A DNA stretch of 64,000 nucleotides from Akkermansia sp. (lineage in GTDB: Bacteria > Verrucomicrobiota > Verrucomicrobiia > Verrucomicrobiales > Akkermansiaceae): NCBI GenBank assembly GCA_024405415.1, contig JAKSOV010000001.1, positions 16,685 to 80,684 on the forward strand, in the 5' to 3' direction. Both the position numbers and the translations under genes were made by a program. The notes beneath the pieces are model-generated. The model saw only the letters and a list, made by a program, of their open reading frames with translations. It searched no databases and was not told the origin of the DNA. Shown one piece after another: positions 37,124-49,703 of the stretch; position 1 is the first letter of the stretch; every line of letters starts with the position of its first letter.

Positions 37124-37984
37124 ATGAAACGGCGTCTGTGTATTCTCTTCCCTGTCTGTCTGTTGGCTGCCTGCAAGCCCGACTCGAGCGCGCCGGCGGA
37201 GCCGCAGACCCCGCAGGAGATGTATGATAATGCACTTGCGTTGCTGCGCCCGAATACCGAGCACGATGCCTCGGACACGGAGGGTGCTGTGCAGTGGCTG
37301 CGCCGCGCGGCGGAGGCCGGACACCTGCAGGCGCAGACGGATTTGGGCGGTTTGTATCTCTCCGGCGGGCGAGACGGCAAGGTGAAGCCCGATGCCGCAG
37401 AGGCATACAAGTGGTTTACCGCCGCTGCGGAGCAGGGGAGCAAGGAGGCGCACCTTTTCCTCGGTATGTTGCTTTTTGACGGAAAGGGCGTGGCGAAGGA
37501 TGAAGCCGCGGCGCTAGCTCACTGGCGCACGGCGGCGGAGGCCGGTATCGCAGAAGCGCAGTTCCGCCTCGGGCGCGTGTTGGCCCGTACGCCCGAGACG
37601 GCGCAGGAGGGCATTTCTCTTTTGCAGCAGGCGGTGCGCGAGGGGCAGCGCGGCGGTGTGCCGCAGGCGGCCACGGCGCTCGGCTTGGTGTATTATAAGG
37701 GCGTGGGCGTGCCCGCAGACCCGCAGACGGCAGCCAAGTGGTATGCGCTCGGCGCCGCGGGCGGCGACCCGCTCGCGCAGATGGTCTACGCGCAGATGCT
37801 TTTGCTCGGCGACCCCGTCCCCCGCGATGAGCAGCGCGGCATGGCGATGCTGCGCATGGCGGCGGGGCAGGACTACGCCCCCGCCATAGCGGCGCTTATT
37901 CACCTGCTGCGCAATGCTCCCGATGCCGCCGCCAACGAGGCGGAGGCCGAGGCATGGAGCAAGCGCTTGGAGAAACTGCATTGA
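37124..37984 (+). CDS. Sel1-repeat lipoprotein
   Basis: MKRRLCILFPVCLLAAC (lipobox), followed by Sel1 repeats (AQTDLGGLYLSGG..., AQFRLGRVLA..., ATALGLVYYKGVGVPADPQTAAKWY). Confidence 0.8.
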   Translation: MKRRLCILFPVCLLAACKPDSSAPAEPQTPQEMYDNALALLRPNTEHDASDTEGAVQWLRRAAEAGHLQAQTDLGGLYLSGGRDGKVKPDAAEAYKWFTAAAEQGSKEAHLFLGMLLFDGKGVAKDEAAALAHWRTAAEAGIAEAQFRLGRVLARTPETAQEGISLLQQAVREGQRGGVPQAATALGLVYYKGVGVPADPQTAAKWYALGAAGGDPLAQMVYAQMLLLGDPVPRDEQRGMAMLRMAAGQDYAPAIAALIHLLRNAPDAAANEAEAEAWSKRLEKLH

Positions 37985-37991
37985 ATCGGCA

Positions 37992-38020
37992 TTGCCGCAG
38001 GGGCGTTTTTGTGCTATTAT
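37992..38020 (+). promoter_or_regulatory. Sigma-70-like promoter, near-leaderless
   Basis: TTGCCG-17-(TGc)TATTAT-9 nt-ATG(38030). Confidence 0.45.
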
Positions 38021-38029
38021 CCGCCGAGC

Positions 38030-38803
38030 ATGATTCGATTCTCCGTTCTCGCCAGCAGCAGCAAAGGCAATGCCACCGTGGTATCCGCGGGGCAGACCCA
38101 CATCCTCGTGGATGCGGGCATCTCCGCTATGCGCATCCGCAAGGGGCTGGAGGAATGCGGGCTTACCTACGCGCAGCTGTCGGGCATCTTCATCACGCAT
38201 GAGCACACGGACCACATCTGCGGGCTGGGCGTGCTGGGCAAGCGCGGCGGCATGCACCTCTATTGCAGCCGCTATCTCTCGCGCGACCTGCGCGGGGCCG
38301 TGCCGAGTGCGGTGTTCACCTACCTGGAGCCCGGTGCTACGGTGGAGGTCGGCGAGCTGAAGGTGACGCCCTTCAGCACCAGCCACGATGCGTTGGACCC
38401 CCTCGGCTACGTGTTCGAGCACGACGGCAAGCGCCTCGGCTATATCACGGATACGGGCCGCATCATGCGCGGCGTGCCCGAGCTGATGGCGGGGGTGGAT
38501 GCGCTCTACCTAGAGTCTAACTACGATGAGCAGATGCTCGCGAACAGCGGTCGCCCGCTCGCCCTGCAAAACCGCATCAGCGGCAACTGGGGCCACCTCT
38601 CCAACGAACAGGCGGCGGAGTTTGTGCGCAGCATTGCCCACCCCGGCTTGCAGCATATCGTGCTCGCCCACATCAGCCCGGAGTGCAACACCCCCGAGCT
38701 CGCCTACGCGGCCATGCGCCGCACGCTCGACGAACTGCAACTGCCGGCCCGACTGGCCTGTGCCCCCATGGCCAACCGCCTTGACTGGCGGGAAATCGGC
38801 TGA
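38030..38803 (+). CDS. MBL-fold metallo-hydrolase (YycJ-like)
   Basis: MIRFSVLASSSKGNATVV..., ITHEHTDHICG. The ATG at 38009 lies inside the promoter. Confidence 0.8.
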   Translation: MIRFSVLASSSKGNATVVSAGQTHILVDAGISAMRIRKGLEECGLTYAQLSGIFITHEHTDHICGLGVLGKRGGMHLYCSRYLSRDLRGAVPSAVFTYLEPGATVEVGELKVTPFSTSHDALDPLGYVFEHDGKRLGYITDTGRIMRGVPELMAGVDALYLESNYDEQMLANSGRPLALQNRISGNWGHLSNEQAAEFVRSIAHPGLQHIVLAHISPECNTPELAYAAMRRTLDELQLPARLACAPMANRLDWREIG

Positions 38804-38850
38804 GCAAATGTGATAGACGGGGAATGGAAGCTGTATCCCCTATTTCCTCC

Positions 38851-39702
38851 TCACTCTGATCCTTTCAGGAGTAGAAGGGTTACCTCCCCGGGGCAATTGA
38901 GGCGGAGCGGAATGCGGCTCATGCCCAGCCCACGGGTGATGTAGAGCGGCGTGCCGCCCGCGGCTTCGTGCCAACCGCCGCGTGCTTGTTCCCGCGTCAG
39001 TTTGCCGAAGGGGAACAGAGGCATTCCCTGCTTGTCGCAGATTTGACCACCGTGCGTATGCGCGCAAAGAATGAGATCAACGGACGGCAGCGGATGTTTG
39101 TAAAACGACTCGGGATAATGCGCCAGTACAACCTGCGGCACGTTGTCTGCCGTTGCATGGTTTCGCGGCAGATAGCGGTCAAGCTTGGGGCCGTAGCTGT
39201 ATGTAAAGCCCGTGATATCCAGCGGCTGAGATGCGGAAAACCAGTAGCGCCGCGTGTTTTCCCCACAGGGGATGAAGCCCATGTGACGAAACTCCGGCCT
39301 CATGCGGCGAAAATAGATGTCATGATTGCCGATGATGTAGAAGACGGGCGCGGCTTGTGACAGCGGGGCCAACTTGGCATACAACTCCTGCTCGGGCAGC
39401 GAAAGAGCACGCACTACGCCGTAGGGAAAATCCCCGAGCATGAAAATTACATCGGGCTTGAGCGCCTCGATAGTTGCTACTACGCGTTCCAATTTCCTGC
39501 CCTCCCATCGGGCTGTGTGCGGGTCGGCCAGAAGCACGGCACGCACGGCAGGGGTCTCCTTCGGCCAATGCGGCAGCGTTACCTCATGCGTTTCGATGCG
39601 GAACTCGTGCGACTGCACCACCAGATGGCAGAATAGCCCCCACAGCCCCAGTAAAAGAACCGTGAAACACGCACACCAGACCAGGAACCAGCGCAGTCTC
39701 AT
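38851..39702 (-). CDS. Membrane-anchored metallophosphoesterase
   Basis: N-terminal TM helix. Motifs LADPH, GDF, GNHD and CAHTHGGQI match the calcineurin-like phosphoesterase signature. Confidence 0.85.
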   Translation of the reverse strand: MRLRWFLVWCACFTVLLLGLWGLFCHLVVQSHEFRIETHEVTLPHWPKETPAVRAVLLADPHTARWEGRKLERVVATIEALKPDVIFMLGDFPYGVVRALSLPEQELYAKLAPLSQAAPVFYIIGNHDIYFRRMRPEFRHMGFIPCGENTRRYWFSASQPLDITGFTYSYGPKLDRYLPRNHATADNVPQVVLAHYPESFYKHPLPSVDLILCAHTHGGQICDKQGMPLFPFGKLTREQARGGWHEAAGGTPLYITRGLGMSRIPLRLNCPGEVTLLLLKGSE

Positions 39703-39708
39703 CCTAGC

Positions 39709-40467
39709 TTAATCGAGAATCAAGGAAACGGGGCAGTGATCAGACCCCGTGATGTCGGGGTGTATCTCCGCCTCTCGCACACGGGGTATCAGGCTCTCCG
39801 ACACGCCGAAGTAGTCGATGCGCCACCCTACGTTCCTTGCGCGGGCACCGCCTCGGAAACTCCACCACGAGTAACGGTCCCGCTCATCGGGGTGTAAGCG
39901 GCGGAAACTGTCTGCAAAGCCTGCGCCCAACAGCGCCGTAAAGCCTGCGCGCTCCTCATCGGAAAAGCCCGCGGAGAAATGATTAGCCGCGGGGCGTGCA
40001 AGGTCAATTTCCTCATGCGCCACATTCAGGTCCCCGCAGAATACCACGGGCTTCTTCTCCGCCAAGCCGCTCACATACGTGCGAAAGGCGGCATCCCACT
40101 CCATGCGGTAAGGGAGGCGCGCCAGCTCGTTCTGCGAGTTGGGCGTGTAGCAGTTCACCAGATAAAAATCCTCAAACTCCATGGTCGCCACGCGGCCCTC
40201 ATGGTCGTGCTCGTCGACGCCGATACCGGTGCTCACCGACAGCGGCTCCACCTTGGAGAGGATGAGCGTGCCGCTGTAGCCGGGTTTTTCCGCGGGGTTC
40301 CACAGCGCGTGAGGCCACGAGGCCAGCCACAAGTCGCAAACCTGCTCGGGACGGGCCTTAATCTCCTGCAAACAGAGCACATCGGGCGCCAAGGCATCCA
40401 TCTGCTCCGCCAAGCCCTTGCCCAGCGTCGCGCGGAGGCCGTTCACATTCCAACTCACCAATTTCAT
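39709..40467 (-). CDS. xth: Exodeoxyribonuclease III
   Basis: MKLVSWNVNGLRA..., LCLQEIK, SDHCPV. The start at 40467 is supported by the promoter geometry. Confidence 0.92.
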   Translation of the reverse strand: MKLVSWNVNGLRATLGKGLAEQMDALAPDVLCLQEIKARPEQVCDLWLASWPHALWNPAEKPGYSGTLILSKVEPLSVSTGIGVDEHDHEGRVATMEFEDFYLVNCYTPNSQNELARLPYRMEWDAAFRTYVSGLAEKKPVVFCGDLNVAHEEIDLARPAANHFSAGFSDEERAGFTALLGAGFADSFRRLHPDERDRYSWWSFRGGARARNVGWRIDYFGVSESLIPRVREAEIHPDITGSDHCPVSLILD

Positions 40468-40474
40468 TGCTCTT

Positions 40475-40503
40475 ATCTTACGAAGGCGTGAGCGAAGGGT
40501 CAA
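40475..40503 (-). promoter_or_regulatory. Sigma-70-like promoter, leaderless configuration (xth)
   Basis: Minus strand: TTGACC-17-TAAGAT-7 nt-ATG(40467). Confidence 0.5.
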
Positions 40504-40512
40504 GCGACAAAC

Positions 40513-43233
<2,721 letters not shown>

Positions 43234-43275
43234 GGCGTGCGAAAAATACGAAATGATAAAAACGTTTTCGCGCGA

Positions 43276-43303
43276 AGTATACCCCTTTTTTTCGGGGAAT
43301 CAA
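43276..43303 (-). promoter_or_regulatory. Candidate acnA promoter (leadered)
   Basis: Minus strand: TTGATT-16-TATACT, ~40 nt upstream of the ATG. The spacer is itself a small CCCC-A7-GGGG hairpin. Confidence 0.35.
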
Positions 43304-43452
43304 GCAAAAAAGAGAATGTGACTTGTATCCGGAGTCGCGCCGTTTACCATGTATAATTTTTGATTTGAAAGCATCGTGCGTTGTGCCACACACAGTGAAA
43401 CGCTGATTTTAAATCAGAAATTCCATGTCACGTATTTCTTATCATCAATTTC

Positions 43453-46400
43453 TTACTTGCCGCGGGCAATGCGGCCCATGCGCCACCCCGCCAGCAGAAT
43501 GGGGAAGAGGCCCATCAGGAAGAGGTAGATGGCGTCGCGCGTGATGGTGGAGACGGAGCCGATATCGGTTTCCTGATCGAAGCCGAGGAAGGGACGGGCT
43601 TGGCGGGGGGAGAGGTAGAACCCGCGGCGTTCGTCCTTGCGTTCGTCCTTACGGGCTGTTTTCACGCCCTCGCGTATGGAGGCGAGCTTGCGATTGGAGA
43701 AGAAGAATTCGGCAGGCTGATCCGTCGGGGTGACGGTGCGGTTGCTTTCTTCTTCCTGTAGCCGTTCCAGGAAGGCTTCATCGAAGGAGAGCGCTGCTTT
43801 GCGAACGCGGCGCAGAAGGTCCTCCGCCTCTTTGTAATCGGCGGCACTACCGTTGAAGGCGAGCGCTGCGCGGTTGATGAAGCGCAGTTGGTCTTCCGAG
43901 CCGTTGCTGTCCTTCAATGCCTCGCGCACAGTATTCACGCGTTCGTTCTCCGCATCCCAGAGGTTATCTTCCGTTTGGAGTACGAAAATCATCTCAAAGG
44001 CGTAGCGCAGGGGGCAGAACTCGGCGATGAGCGGCACGGGTTTGCTGGTGATGTTGTGCGTCGTCTCGTCCTGATAAGCCACGCGGTGGCGCAGGTTGGA
44101 GAAGGGGCGCTCAATCGCTGCGGGCACCAACCCGTCGGGCAGGTGTACGGTGAACTCGTTCATTTCCTCGAAACGCACCAGAGCTCCCGCCAGCAGAATC
44201 TGCGGCACGAGCAGCAGCGGCACGACATTGAGCGCCGTGCGGTCGGAGCGCACGAAGGCCGATACCATCAGCGAGAGTGCGATACCCACAAAAGCCGTCA
44301 GCAGCATGACGCCGAAGTGCGGCCAGAACATGTGGTGAATTTCCAAAATGGCGTGGCTGACCACCAGATAAAGGGCGCACTGCAAGCCCGCAATGCCCGT
44401 GAGCACCAACGTCTTGGCCAGCAAGTATCCGTGGGTGAAAATCTTGTAGTTGCTTTCGCGGCGCAGGATGGGGCGGTCCTTGAGAATCTCGCAGGCGGCA
44501 TCCGTCAGGCCGAAGAACATTGCGAGCACCAGGGATAGGAAGAGATATTCGCTGAGATGCAGGGATTTGTAGAAGGTGTAAGGTGTGTCATACGAAGCGC
44601 GCAGGGTGCCGGCAATGAGCAGTGCGAGCACGGGGCCTTCCATCAACATGGCATACATACCCATGCGGCTGCGGATGCGAGCGAGCAGCGTGCGGGAGAC
44701 CCACATGCGGAAGAGGCGTACCAACTCGCGCGGTGTGCGCCGCGGCATGGCCGGGATATAGGTGCGGTGGGAAACGGCGGGGGGCGCTTCATCCTCATCG
44801 GGTTCGCTGCCTTGCTCCGCCTGCATGGCTGCATAGGCGGCGGATTTTTCAAAGCGCTCCTGCCAGAAGGAGTTGTTGGCGCTGCGGCGGCGGCCGATGC
44901 GGCGCGAGGGGGCCTCCAACACCTCAAACACGTAGTCCGCGCCGCCTGCCTGTTGGGCTTCCTGCGAGACGTGCAGGTGCATCTCTGCCGCAGCCTCGCG
45001 GAAATAGCGCATCATCTCATCCGGCGTGCCCCAGAAGGCCATCTGGCCGTGGGAGTCCAATACCATCACCTTGTGAAAGCGGTTGAGCAGCACATGCGCA
45101 GGGCGGTGCAATGTGCAGAGCACGATGCGGCCGTGCGACATTTTCTCGATGGTATCAATCACGCGCTCCGAATCGCCGGAGGAAAGCCCGCTGATGGGCT
45201 CGTCAATGAGGAAGACCTCCGCCGTTCCCGTCAGATCGAGGCCGAGGTTGAGACGCGTGCGTTCGCCGTCGGAGATGGTGCGTTCCCCCGCGCGGCCCAC
45301 GTTGCGGTTTGCCAGATGGGCAATGCCTACGAAGTTCAATACCGTGAGCACTCGGCGCATGCGGTCTGCGTGGCTCAGGCGCGGTCGCCGGGCGATGGAG
45401 GCTTGGTAGACGTGCTCTCCCACGGTCATGGACTCATCCAGAATATCCTCGCGCGGGATGAAGGCGATGTGGCGGCGCAAATCCTGCGCCTCGGGGGTCA
45501 TCAGCTCATCATTGTAGCGGATGGTGCCGAATGAGGCGGGCGTGTGGCCTGCCAACATAGAAAGGAGCGTGCTTTTGCCGCTGCCGCTGGGGCCCAGCAC
45601 ACAGGCCATTTCCCCGCGCTTCAGGGTGAAGAGAATGTTGTCCACCACGCGGCGCCCGCGGAGGTAGTCTTTGGTGAGGCCGCGCACTTTCAGCTCGGTG
45701 ATGGTGCAGGCTTCTTCCTCCAGCATGCCTTCCGAGAATCGGCAGCGCAGGAACTGGACCGTGCTGAGACCGATGAGGTCGCCGTCTTTCAGCTCCATTT
45801 CGCCGCGCACGGGAACGTCGCCCACCGTCAGCGTGTGAGATGAGCCCTCAAGCACGCGGATGGTACCCATGTTTTTATGGCGGGAGTAGGTCACCTCGAA
45901 CACGGCGCCGGGGGCCAGACCGGGGGTGAGCATCAGCACGCCCGGGCGGTTCATGTAGGGAAGGTTGGTGACGATGACCTTGCGGTTGCCGGGATCGAGC
46001 TGGAAACTGCGCCCCGTGGAGTCCGAGTCGGAGATGTCGGCAAAGGTGAAGGGGCCCAGGCCACGCACAGAGAAGGGGGTGTAGTACGAGGTGCAGACGG
46101 AATCGCCGTGGGAGAGCATGGCGCCGTCCAGCTCAAGGTACGCATCTTGGCGCAGCACGTCGATTTCCACGTGAATGCCGAAACGCACGCGCGCAATACA
46201 GTTGAGCGGGCGTTGGCGGCTGAGGGTTACATGGTCACCCTCCAATTGCAGATAGCCCACCAGTTTGACGCCTGCGTAACGTGTTTGCAATAGGCGTTGG
46301 ATGGTTGCATAGGTGAAATAGCAATTATCCGTCTCTACCGTCTGCCCCGTGGCGAGCGGCAACACGCCGCCCTTGCGCAGTGTCTGGCCGCGCACGATGA

Positions 46401-47061
46401 TGGGCGTGGCGCCATCGTTAACGATGAGCAGGATGTTTACGCAACGCAGCGCTCGGAAACGCACGCCTTCATCCTCCTTGGGCAGCAGCACGCTGTCCGG
46501 CCCGAGCTCGGGGGCAAAGCTGATACTTTCAATGGGGCGGGGCGCCTCTGTACCGGGGTGGCGTATCAGCTCCGCAATGGCTTGATTATCTCCGTGCAGG
46601 TCCAGCCCGTCCGTCACCTCGGCAAAGAGGGTGGGCTGCGTCAGGTCACCGCCCACGCGGTGCAACAGGGCAAAGATTTCCAGCGCCAGAGAGATGCGCT
46701 CCTCCTTCGTGCGCTGAGCGGCTGCCAGCGTCAGCGTGGCCGAGAGCGGGTAGCGAGCCTCATAGGCGCGTTGGAATCGCTCGGCCAGCCAAATGTGCTC
46801 CACGTTCGGGAAATCGTGGCGCAAAATGTCCATGGCCGTATCCATCTTGTCGATGCCCAGGCCGTCCACGCGGGCCATGATGGAAGCGAAGAGATCCGCA
46901 ATCGTGCCGGCATGGGCTCGGCGGGATTCTTCCTTGGCAGCGAGGCGGTGCGGCACATAGCTGAACAACGTCACCACGGCACTGCGGTAGCGCAGGAAGC
47001 GGCGGCGCGCTCCTTGGAGATAGAGCGCAGAGAGCAAGCGGAGGCGGCGGAGGGTCAGCAT
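43453..47061 (-). CDS. ABC transporter fusion: N-terminal regulatory region, ATPase and ABC-2-type permease
   Basis: 1202 aa. Walker A LGPSGSGKSTLLSMLAG, signature ISDGERTRLNL and Walker B VFLIDEPISGL, then ~6 TM helices. The ~450 aa N-terminal extension is unassigned (possibly FHA-like beta segments). Confidence 0.85.
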   Translation of the reverse strand: MLTLRRLRLLSALYLQGARRRFLRYRSAVVTLFSYVPHRLAAKEESRRAHAGTIADLFASIMARVDGLGIDKMDTAMDILRHDFPNVEHIWLAERFQRAYEARYPLSATLTLAAAQRTKEERISLALEIFALLHRVGGDLTQPTLFAEVTDGLDLHGDNQAIAELIRHPGTEAPRPIESISFAPELGPDSVLLPKEDEGVRFRALRCVNILLIVNDGATPIIVRGQTLRKGGVLPLATGQTVETDNCYFTYATIQRLLQTRYAGVKLVGYLQLEGDHVTLSRQRPLNCIARVRFGIHVEIDVLRQDAYLELDGAMLSHGDSVCTSYYTPFSVRGLGPFTFADISDSDSTGRSFQLDPGNRKVIVTNLPYMNRPGVLMLTPGLAPGAVFEVTYSRHKNMGTIRVLEGSSHTLTVGDVPVRGEMELKDGDLIGLSTVQFLRCRFSEGMLEEEACTITELKVRGLTKDYLRGRRVVDNILFTLKRGEMACVLGPSGSGKSTLLSMLAGHTPASFGTIRYNDELMTPEAQDLRRHIAFIPREDILDESMTVGEHVYQASIARRPRLSHADRMRRVLTVLNFVGIAHLANRNVGRAGERTISDGERTRLNLGLDLTGTAEVFLIDEPISGLSSGDSERVIDTIEKMSHGRIVLCTLHRPAHVLLNRFHKVMVLDSHGQMAFWGTPDEMMRYFREAAAEMHLHVSQEAQQAGGADYVFEVLEAPSRRIGRRRSANNSFWQERFEKSAAYAAMQAEQGSEPDEDEAPPAVSHRTYIPAMPRRTPRELVRLFRMWVSRTLLARIRSRMGMYAMLMEGPVLALLIAGTLRASYDTPYTFYKSLHLSEYLFLSLVLAMFFGLTDAACEILKDRPILRRESNYKIFTHGYLLAKTLVLTGIAGLQCALYLVVSHAILEIHHMFWPHFGVMLLTAFVGIALSLMVSAFVRSDRTALNVVPLLLVPQILLAGALVRFEEMNEFTVHLPDGLVPAAIERPFSNLRHRVAYQDETTHNITSKPVPLIAEFCPLRYAFEMIFVLQTEDNLWDAENERVNTVREALKDSNGSEDQLRFINRAALAFNGSAADYKEAEDLLRRVRKAALSFDEAFLERLQEEESNRTVTPTDQPAEFFFSNRKLASIREGVKTARKDERKDERRGFYLSPRQARPFLGFDQETDIGSVSTITRDAIYLFLMGLFPILLAGWRMGRIARGK

Positions 47062-47064
47062 AGG

Positions 47065-47403
47065 TCAATCGTGGGTAGGCCGGGCAGCACCGGGGCAGCG
47101 CGTTTCCCAGCCGGGGAAGTTCCATTTATGGGGAAAATCGCGGCATTGCTGCGGTTTCACTTCGTTGATGCGGCAGAGATTGTCCGCCGTCAGCATAATA
47201 CAGGCGCCGTCGGGCGCGTCGATGAGCGAGAGCCCCTGTCGGTTGCGTTGCAGGTGGCAGTATTCGTTGATGAAGGCCACCTCATCCATCCCGAGGTAGG
47301 CGGCAATGGCGGTGATGTCCGCATCCGTCAGGCAGACATTGCCCTCCCAGCGGCAACAGGCACCGCAGCAGCGGCAGGAATGGATGATGGGGGAATCGGC
47401 CAT
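47065..47403 (-). CDS. YkgJ-family cysteine-cluster protein
   Basis: MADSPIIHSCRCCGACCRWEG...CPG..., the CxxCxxCC pattern of the UPF0153/YkgJ family. The longer ORF N-terminus looks spurious. Confidence 0.7.
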   Translation of the reverse strand: MADSPIIHSCRCCGACCRWEGNVCLTDADITAIAAYLGMDEVAFINEYCHLQRNRQGLSLIDAPDGACIMLTADNLCRINEVKPQQCRDFPHKWNFPGWETRCPGAARPTHD

Positions 47404-47416
47404 GGCGAGCGAAAAA

Positions 47417-48052
47417 TTACTTGCGGATTTCCCAAGGCTTGTGCAGCGCTGCGGTGATGTGAGGCGGGCGCACATAAATAGGCTCCGCGGGTTTGGCCGC
47501 GGCTGCGGCACGCTGCTCTTCCGTCATGCTCAGCCATGTCTGCACCAACCCTTCGGCGGTGGGTGCAAGCGCCTCTGCCACGGGAGTGATACCCAGCTTA
47601 TCCAGCGCTCCTGCGGGCTCCGTGGAGAGCAGGGGGGTGCCCGTGGCGGCGAGTGTTTGCAACTCCTCGGGCGTCAGCACCTCAATCGTGCCGTCCGGTC
47701 GGCGCACCGTCCAGCCGCCGCGTCGCGCGTCGGAGATGATGCAGGCTTCGCCCCCCGCCAGCTGCTCCCACGAGCAGAGCGAAATCAGCGGCGCCCCTGT
47801 CACCGCGGCAATGCCCACGCCCGCGGCCAGCGCTACGCGTACGCCGCCGTAGCTGCCGGGGCCGGCGCCGATGAGAATGGCGTCAAGCGCTTCCTCTCCG
47901 AGGTTAGCCATGGCCTCCTGCAAAGCGGGGAAGAGCCACGCATCGTGGTTGCGCTCCGCCGTCCAGCTGCGGCGCACGGTGAGGCCTCGCTCGCCTTGGC
48001 GCAGGCAGAGCGTAGCGGTGGGAACGGAGGTCTCGATGGCGAGCAGGTTCAT
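47417..48052 (-). CDS. tsaB: tRNA t6A biosynthesis protein TsaB
   Basis: MNLLAIETSVPTATLCL...GPGSYGGVRVALA. The ATG overlaps the prmA stop (ATGA). Confidence 0.85.
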   Translation of the reverse strand: MNLLAIETSVPTATLCLRQGERGLTVRRSWTAERNHDAWLFPALQEAMANLGEEALDAILIGAGPGSYGGVRVALAAGVGIAAVTGAPLISLCSWEQLAGGEACIISDARRGGWTVRRPDGTIEVLTPEELQTLAATGTPLLSTEPAGALDKLGITPVAEALAPTAEGLVQTWLSMTEEQRAAAAAKPAEPIYVRPPHITAALHKPWEIRK

Positions 48053-48897
48053 GAGCGCACAAGTTGAGCGGTGGTCCATTTGCCGCGGGTGATGACGCGC
48101 ACGGGTGTCAGCCCGGCGGCGCGGGCGGCGGCGAGCGTCTCCTCCGCCTGCGTGCGGAGAATGCCGGAGATGATGAGCACCGCCTCGGGCTTCATAGCCG
48201 CGAGCAGCCTCGGGAACGCCTTTTGCAGCACGGTCGAGAACAGATTGGCCAGCACGACATCCGTCTGTTCCGCGGGCGTCCATTCAAACACATCTGCTTG
48301 GAAAAGGCGCAGCCCCTCCGCACCGCCGTTGCGATCGATATTGCGGCGGGCGACCTCCACAGCCTTGGGGTCAAAGTCAAAACTCTCGGCGCGCGCCGCA
48401 CCGAGCTTCAGCCCCGCCAGCGCCAGCACGCCCGTGCCGCAGCCTACGTCCGTGAGCGTCCACGGGGCCTTGTCGCGGGCCTTCACCCAGTCGCAGAGCA
48501 TGCGCAGGCAGGTGGAGGTGGTCGCGTGATTCCCCGTGCCGAATGCCTGCTCGGCAGGGAAGGAAAGGATGATGCGCTTGGGGTACTGCGCGCGCAGCTC
48601 TGCCAGTATCTCGGTTTTGGAGGAGGCTGAAATGATGATGCGGTCGCGGATGACCAGCGGCGGCGTGTTCTCAGGGGCGGTGGCCGCCACCCAGTCCGTC
48701 TCGGGCAGGGGGCTTACCTTGCCGCCGTAGAGGGCTTGCAGCACATAGGCCTCCTCCGCCTTCTCCGTGTACACATCCACGGAAATGCGCCCCGCCTGAA
48801 ACGCGGCGGAAATCACTGCGCCTGCCACATCGGCCAGCTTTTCCTGCCAAGCCTCCTCCTGCTCCGCCGCTGCTGTTTTATGCCAGAGATACATCAT
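48049..48897 (-). CDS. prmA: Ribosomal protein L11 methyltransferase
   Basis: FGTGNHATTSTCLRML, DVGCGTGVLALAG. The promoter TTGAAT-17-TACAAT (48906-48934, minus strand) lies 8 nt before ATGATG at 48897. Confidence 0.9.
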   Translation of the reverse strand: MMYLWHKTAAAEQEEAWQEKLADVAGAVISAAFQAGRISVDVYTEKAEEAYVLQALYGGKVSPLPETDWVAATAPENTPPLVIRDRIIISASSKTEILAELRAQYPKRIILSFPAEQAFGTGNHATTSTCLRMLCDWVKARDKAPWTLTDVGCGTGVLALAGLKLGAARAESFDFDPKAVEVARRNIDRNGGAEGLRLFQADVFEWTPAEQTDVVLANLFSTVLQKAFPRLLAAMKPEAVLIISGILRTQAEETLAAARAAGLTPVRVITRGKWTTAQLVRS

Positions 48898-48956
48898 GCG
48901 CGCGCATTGTATCAAAAAACGGCGGCTTATTCAATCCCCGAGATAGGCATTCGTGT

Positions 48957-49235
48957 TCAGCTCTTTTGCTTCGGCACAAAGCCCGCCGAAGGGCGGAAGG
49001 TGAGCTTGTGGGCGGCGGGGACTTCTCGTATGCGCCCGCTGTTGATATCGTAGGCGCGGCGGGCAGGGCGAGTGTCGTATTCAAAGGTGCCGAAGTGGGC
49101 TATGTAGACCTTCTCCGCCTCCGCGGCAGAAAGGATGGAAGCAAGCACCGCCTCGGCAGCGGCTGAGGCGGTGGCTTGGGTGGTGCCCGCGCCCATCAGC
49201 TGACGGACACGGGCGATGAGTTGCTTTTTATTCAC
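48957..49235 (-). CDS. HU/IHF-family DNA-binding protein
   Basis: 92 aa. MNKKQLIARV..., FGTFEYDTRPARRAYDINSGRIREVPAAHKLTFRPS (HU beta-arm). Confidence 0.9.
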   Translation of the reverse strand: MNKKQLIARVRQLMGAGTTQATASAAAEAVLASILSAAEAEKVYIAHFGTFEYDTRPARRAYDINSGRIREVPAAHKLTFRPSAGFVPKQKS

Positions 49236-49678
49236 TTGTTCTTGAGTGCATCGCGGATTTCGCGCAGCAGGAGGATGTCCTCGGGCGTAGGCGCGGGGGC
49301 AGGCTCAGGAGCGGGGGCGGCGGCCTCCTCGGCCTCCTTCTTCTTGCCGAGCGCGCGCAGCTTGCAGAGCATGCGGATGGCAAAGAAGATGGCCAGCGAG
49401 ATAATGAGGAAGTCCACGATGGACTGGCAGAATGCACCGTACTTGATGACGGGCGCACCTTCCTCCGTGCTCATTTGGAAGGTCAGCTCCGCCATCCCCT
49501 TGGTGCCGCCCATCACCATGGCGAACGCGGGCATGATGACGTCATTCACCAGCGAGGTGACGATTTTGCCGAAGGCACCGCCGATGATGACACCGACGGC
49601 CATATCCATCACATTGCCCTTGAGCGCGAAGGCTTTAAATTCCTCCACCCAGGCGGGCGTCAGTTTCTTGATTTCCAT
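49232..49678 (-). CDS. mscL: Large-conductance mechanosensitive channel
   Basis: EFKAFALKGNVMDMAVGVIIGGAFGKIVTSLVNDVIMP. Confidence 0.93.
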   Translation of the reverse strand: MEIKKLTPAWVEEFKAFALKGNVMDMAVGVIIGGAFGKIVTSLVNDVIMPAFAMVMGGTKGMAELTFQMSTEEGAPVIKYGAFCQSIVDFLIISLAIFFAIRMLCKLRALGKKKEAEEAAAPAPEPAPAPTPEDILLLREIRDALKNK

Positions 49679-49703
49679 TGTTGTGTATTCGGTTGGTTGA
49701 AAA

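Noticed and set aside
38838-38853. A GAAATAGG-type motif immediately downstream of several minus-strand stop codons (27120-27131, 57542-57554, 38840-38850, 43433-43442) as a shared att or 3'-UTR signal.
   Set aside because: Two of the four occurrences are simply the ends of the duplicated module. The other two match only 7-8 nt, too little to separate from chance without genome-wide statistics.
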